A stretch of DNA of 64,000 nt from positions 90,024,001 to 90,088,000 of the forward strand of contig JANJGN010000021.1 of assembly GCA_026770705.1 (NCBI GenBank). Reading direction: 5' to 3'. This document shows positions 63,165-64,000 of this stretch, piece by piece; positions within the stretch are counted from its first letter, which is position 1, and the number at the start of each line of letters is the position of its first letter. The notes under the pieces were generated by a model. The model saw only the letters and a list, made by a program, of their open reading frames with translations. It ran no database searches and was not told where the DNA came from. The stretch comes from Isurus oxyrinchus. Its lineage: Eukaryota. A program made the translations under genes and the position numbers.

Positions 63165-64000
63165 AAAAAAACATACAATGTGGCAAAGATGAGTGGTAAG
63201 TCAGAGGATTGCGAAAGTTTTAAAAGCCAACAGAAGATGACCAAAAATGCAATAAAGAGGGAGGAAGTAAACTTTGATGGTCAACCAGCAAGTAATATAA
63301 AAACGGACAGTAAGTGCTCTTTTAAATACATAAGATGGAAGAGAGAGGCCAAAATGATCATAGGTCCCTTAGAAAATGAGGCTGGGGAAATAATATTGCG
63401 AAAAGAGGAAATGGCAGAAGACACTAATAGCATTCGAAAAATATTAAAAAATCAACGGGCAAAAATAGGTTGTGGGGCGGAAATAAATACAATAACTGTC
63501 ACAAGAGAATAAGTAATATGGAAACTAATGGGAATAAACGCCAATAACTCCCCTGGACCTGATAGATTTCATCCTAGGATAAAGGAAGTAGTTGCAGAGA
63601 TAATGGATGCACTGGTAGTAATCTTCCAACAATCGTTTGATTGTGGGAAAGCCCCAGATGGTGGGAAAACTGCCAATGTAACACCCTGAATCTAAAAGTG
63701 GGGGTGGGGTAGGGGGAGGTGGGGAACAGGTAACTATAGGTCAATTAGCTTAACATCCGTCATTGTGGAAGTGTTCGAGTCTATATTAAATGATTTGATA
63801 GCAGAGAATTTTGCATAACATAATATAATCAAGCAGAGTCAGCACGGCACCGTGAAGGGGAAGCCATGCTGATAAGTTAATTAGCATTCTTTGAGGAGGT
63901 TTTAAGCAAGACAGATAAAGAACAACCAGTAGGTGTCATATATTTGGATTACCAAAAGACAAGGTACCCACTTAAGGTTACTTAATAAGATAAGAGCCCA
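63165..64000 (+). mobile_element. CR1 ORF2 fragment, runs off the window end
   Basis: NIKTDSKCSFKYI, IGPLENEAGEII, tcccctggacctgat (SPGPD), aactataggtcaattagcttaaca (NYR.ISLT), YLDYQK at ~63940. Confidence 0.88.

Noticed and set aside
7-63512. Long ORFs in the supplied track as host genes (e.g. 3072-3512, 6098-6499, 33143-33577, 56223-56663, 63141-63512)
   Set aside because: They are frame-broken pieces or antisense readings of CR1, RTE or Penelope elements, or low-complexity noise.
1-64000. CRISPR arrays, operons or other prokaryotic systems
   Set aside because: No regularly spaced direct repeats and no gene-dense coding; the sequence is vertebrate intronic DNA.

Overview
Eukaryotic, repeat-rich vertebrate DNA. 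The repeat families (CR1/HER1-type LINEs, Penelope-like GIY-YIG relics, RTE, Deu-domain and tRNA-derived SINEs) point to a cartilaginous fish; this is an inference. Almost all ORFs in the supplied track are decayed retroelement fragments or noise. The main signal is invisible to the ORF track: a + strand gene built from at least 12 micro-exons of 12-36 nt spread over about 46 kb (9000-55163). Each is flanked by AG/GT, has a length that is a multiple of 3, and is open in phase 1. Spliced in order they give 297 nt of uninterrupted frame: xIDKIKDRLAMK|PKQN|EPDI|GTMTDASG|DQLKKALADI|VALQDRNA|ELERLIAES|MKQMLAKDI|EIEILKLKVTNA|DGKQAP|GGDTK|ELDNLRRDLWKA. This is coiled-coil segments joined by G/P linkers, with a heptad register running across five exons. 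Two of the micro-exons lie in a diverged ~1 kb tandem duplication, and the exon series looks like a higher-order repeat. I cannot name the gene; its start and probably its end lie outside the window or were not recognised. Other points: a candidate terminal exon with an ITIM-like motif near 1 kb, a Penelope fold-back with hammerhead-ribozyme remnants, and an apparently ORF1-less LINE sharing its tRNA-like head and 3' tail with a SINE. Repeat boundaries are by-eye estimates.
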